From Macrostomum lignano (lineage: Eukaryota), in the NCBI GenBank assembly GCA_002269645.1, contig NIVC01001686.1, forward strand, positions 62,001-126,000: 64,000 nt of DNA, in the 5' to 3' direction. The translations under genes and the position numbers were made by a program. The notes beneath the pieces were generated by a model. The model was not told where the DNA came from and did not search any database. It was given only the letters and a program-made list of their open reading frames with translations. Shown one piece after another: positions 61,311 through 64,000 of the stretch (position 1 is its first letter; every line of letters begins with the position of its first letter).

Positions 61311-62566
61311 AGCTAGTGGATAAGCCATCCATTTAGATAGCAGATTTTATTCCTGAAGACAAGAGGCTTTTCTGCTGTTTCTGGCAATGGGTGTGGGAAA
61401 TTGGCCATCCAAGTTCACACGGTGGAAAGTGGCGGAGGCGGAGTTAAAATTGCTAGGAAAAGAGCGCACAAGCAATGTCGCTCTGTCTGCCTTGAGTACA
61501 AGTATGTTATGCTCGCGTATTTACATGAAAAAAGCTGGACTCGGGAGACAAAAATCAAAAAAAGGAACGATGGAAAACGTGGTGAACAACGTAGAAAGAA
61601 AATGACTTGGGGAAGGGAGCGCACACAGGGACGACTTTTTCAAGACTAAGCATTCCTGAAGTGGTTATCGATATAGACTTCTTACCCCACCCCCACCTCC
61701 AATGTACATTGGTGGAGAGAAACAGTGTCTAGCTTATCAAGTGTACATTGGTCACGCAAGATTTCAATCCTCTCTCTTTAGTGTACGTTTGCATCGGGTG
61801 TTTTTTAAGGGGTAGAGTTAGGGGTAGGGTCAGGGATAATGTACATTGCCTAGTGTACATGGGAGAAAGTACACATAACAAAGAATTTAAATATCGTTAC
61901 TACTAAAAAGCCAATCCAAATCAGTGCTCTTATCGGTGCCATCTAAAACCCAGACAGAGGGCAATTAGGGAGAAAATAAAACTAAAAAACCACTAGCAGT
62001 AAGATAGGAGCAAGCCCTGTAGCAGACAAAAACACAGCTTGGAGAACAAAAGGAGTGTGCGAGCGCATGTGAACAAAAACACATACCGGTAAGGAGAAGC
62101 GGGGAAAAAGCAATGCAAAAAGTCAAGACAAGAGTTTAAAAAAAGAGAACCTGCGCACCAGACTGCCAAATGAAAGATTACTAGAAATAATTGACTAAAG
62201 ACAATTCTTGATCTGCTGTTAGTGATGGAAATTAATAAACTGTAATTCCGGTCGCAAAAATAGGCAGGCAAAGGGATGTAAGACAATAAAGGGAGACAGA
62301 CAGCAAAAAGCAGCAAATACAAGCAGTTAGTTCCCGCAACGCAATGTCACCCACCTAGAGTAGAATTAAATCCTAAAGCTTATCTTCATGGCAGATTCCT
62401 GCTGAATAAAGAGGGGCAGTCAGTCCTGTGCAAGAAGCGAAATCGAGGAAAAACACTTGGGCTTGTAGAAACTTTTTTGTAGAAACGCACCCAGATCTAT
62501 TTTTTCCCCAAACTGCTTATGAAAAAAAATTTGACTATCTGTTAGGCCAACTCAAAGCTTGAGTTG

Positions 62567-63651
62567 TCACTGCTGCTCAGCCGTGGCCAGGCCAAGCTGA
62601 TGGTAGGCGGCGGCGGTGGCCGGGTCAATTCCGTAGTAGAGCGAGCCGTCCGTGGTGTACATGGCCGAGCTGGCGGCCGAGGTCATCAGGTGCGGCGCGG
62701 CGGCGTACATCCCGGACATTTGGTAGCCGGACGGGTCCAGCTGTGATGTACAGGGGGGGGGGGCATTAATGGTCAGCTTTGCCGTGTAAAACTCGATGCG
62801 CATGCGAACTTAGTGTTTTAGCTAGCACCCAACTCAGCTATCTACCAACTCAGCTACCACCCAACTCAGCTACCTACCAACTCAGCTAACACCCAACACA
62901 GCTACCTACCAACTCAACTACCTACCAACTCAGCTACTACCCAACTCAGCTACTACCCAACTCAGCTACTACCCAACTCAGCTACCACCCAACTCAGCTA
63001 CCACACAACTCAGCTACCACCCAACTCAGCTACCTACCAACTCAGCTACCTACCAACTCAGCTACCTACCAACTCAGCTACCTACCAACTCAGCTACCTA
63101 CCAACTCAGCTACCTACCAACTCAGCTACCTACCAACTCAGCTACCTACCAACTCAGCTACCTACCAACTCAGCTACCACCCAACTCAGCTACCACCCAA
63201 CTCAGCTACCACCCAACTCAGCTACCACCCAACTCAGCTACCACCCAACTCAGCTACCACACTGCTCAACCAGCCAGAACCGCACCTGGTAGATGGAGTG
63301 TCCCTGCGCCACGGACACGGGAGCGGCGCTAGCGGCGCCGGGCATCAGCTGGTAGCCTCCGGGAATGGCGGCGCCAGTCTGCGTTGGCGCACCAACGGAA
63401 GCCCGCGTGGCTGCGGCAGCGGCGGCGGCGTACAGCGAGGCAGCGGTGGCGGCCGCCGAGCCTGGCTGAAAAGTCTGGCTGTACAGGTGGTGCGGAAGCT
63501 GATGATGGCCCGGATGCGGCTGCTGCTGCTGAGGTTGCTGCTGCTGCTGCTGGAGCTGGAGCTGGTGGGCCGAAGGAGCCGCGTAGCCCCTGGCAGCTGC
63601 TAGCGCAGCGGCTGCAGCGGCGGCTGCAGCGGCGGAATTCTGCTGCTGTTG

Positions 63652-63687
<36 letters not shown>

Positions 63688-64000
63688 ATGGTGCAGCAGA
63701 GCCATGGAGGCGAGCTGGTGAGCGGCAGCGGCAGAGGCCGGAGGCGCTTGCATTGCCGGCTGTCCCGCGGCGGCGGCGGCAGCGGCAGCGGCGGCGGCTG
63801 CGGCCAGCTGCTGCTGCTGATGATGCTGAACTGTCTGCACCTGCTGCACCTGATGATGCTGCTGCTGCTGCTGCTGGCGCTGCTTCTTGCGCTGGTTGGT
63901 TTTGTCGGCCAGTTTGGCTTCTAGCGGCCTGGCTGTGCCGAGCTTCTGGCCGAGGGCCACGCCGACTTTGTTGATGTGCGAGATGGCCAGGACGGCGTCC
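62567..64000 (-). CDS. 3' end of a probable RRM RNA-binding protein with a polyQ/polyA, Tyr-rich low-complexity C-terminus; exons >64000-63286 and 62740-62567
   Basis: The first visible residues DAVLAISHINK...RPLEAKLADKTNQRKK resemble RRM helix 2/beta 4 plus linker of CELF/RBMS/ELAV-type proteins. A phase-0 intron CAG|GTGCGG...CACAG|CTG joins the two ORFs. The exon structure is firmer than the family call. Confidence 0.7.
62826..63260 (+). repeat. 15/16-bp minisatellite CCAACTCAGCTACC(T)A
   Basis: About 28 copies filling most of the last intron of the RRM-like gene. Confidence 0.95.

Overview
Eukaryotic, spliced, extremely tandem-repeat-rich animal DNA. The style (GC-rich exons with polyQ/polyA, a different minisatellite in almost every large intron, a flatworm-type orphan GPCR) suggests a free-living flatworm such as Macrostomum; this is inference only. 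By reading splice sites and phases I reconstructed six genes: (1) an SLC16/monocarboxylate-transporter-family gene (- strand, 7 exons seen, runs off the left edge); (2) a complete 7-exon P2X ATP-gated channel (511 aa); (3) a SIRT6/7-like sirtuin homologue with its catalytic residues replaced, the Zn site intact, a C-terminal YEATS-like domain and one 1-nt frameshift; (4) a single-coding-exon class A orphan GPCR; (5) a 9-exon, 715-aa low-complexity protein ending in a degenerate EF-hand pair; (6) the 3' end of a probable RRM protein with a Q/A/Y-rich tail. Also present: an internally deleted Tc1-like element, a hAT-type MITE, a tRNA-derived SINE, a 1.2-1.5 kb tandem duplication and over 30 micro/minisatellite arrays. 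Most long ORFs in the supplied track are artefacts of these arrays. The most novel-looking item is the candidate pseudo-sirtuin/YEATS-like fusion at 26.8-28.0 kb. Reference-protein comparisons were made from memory and need database confirmation.
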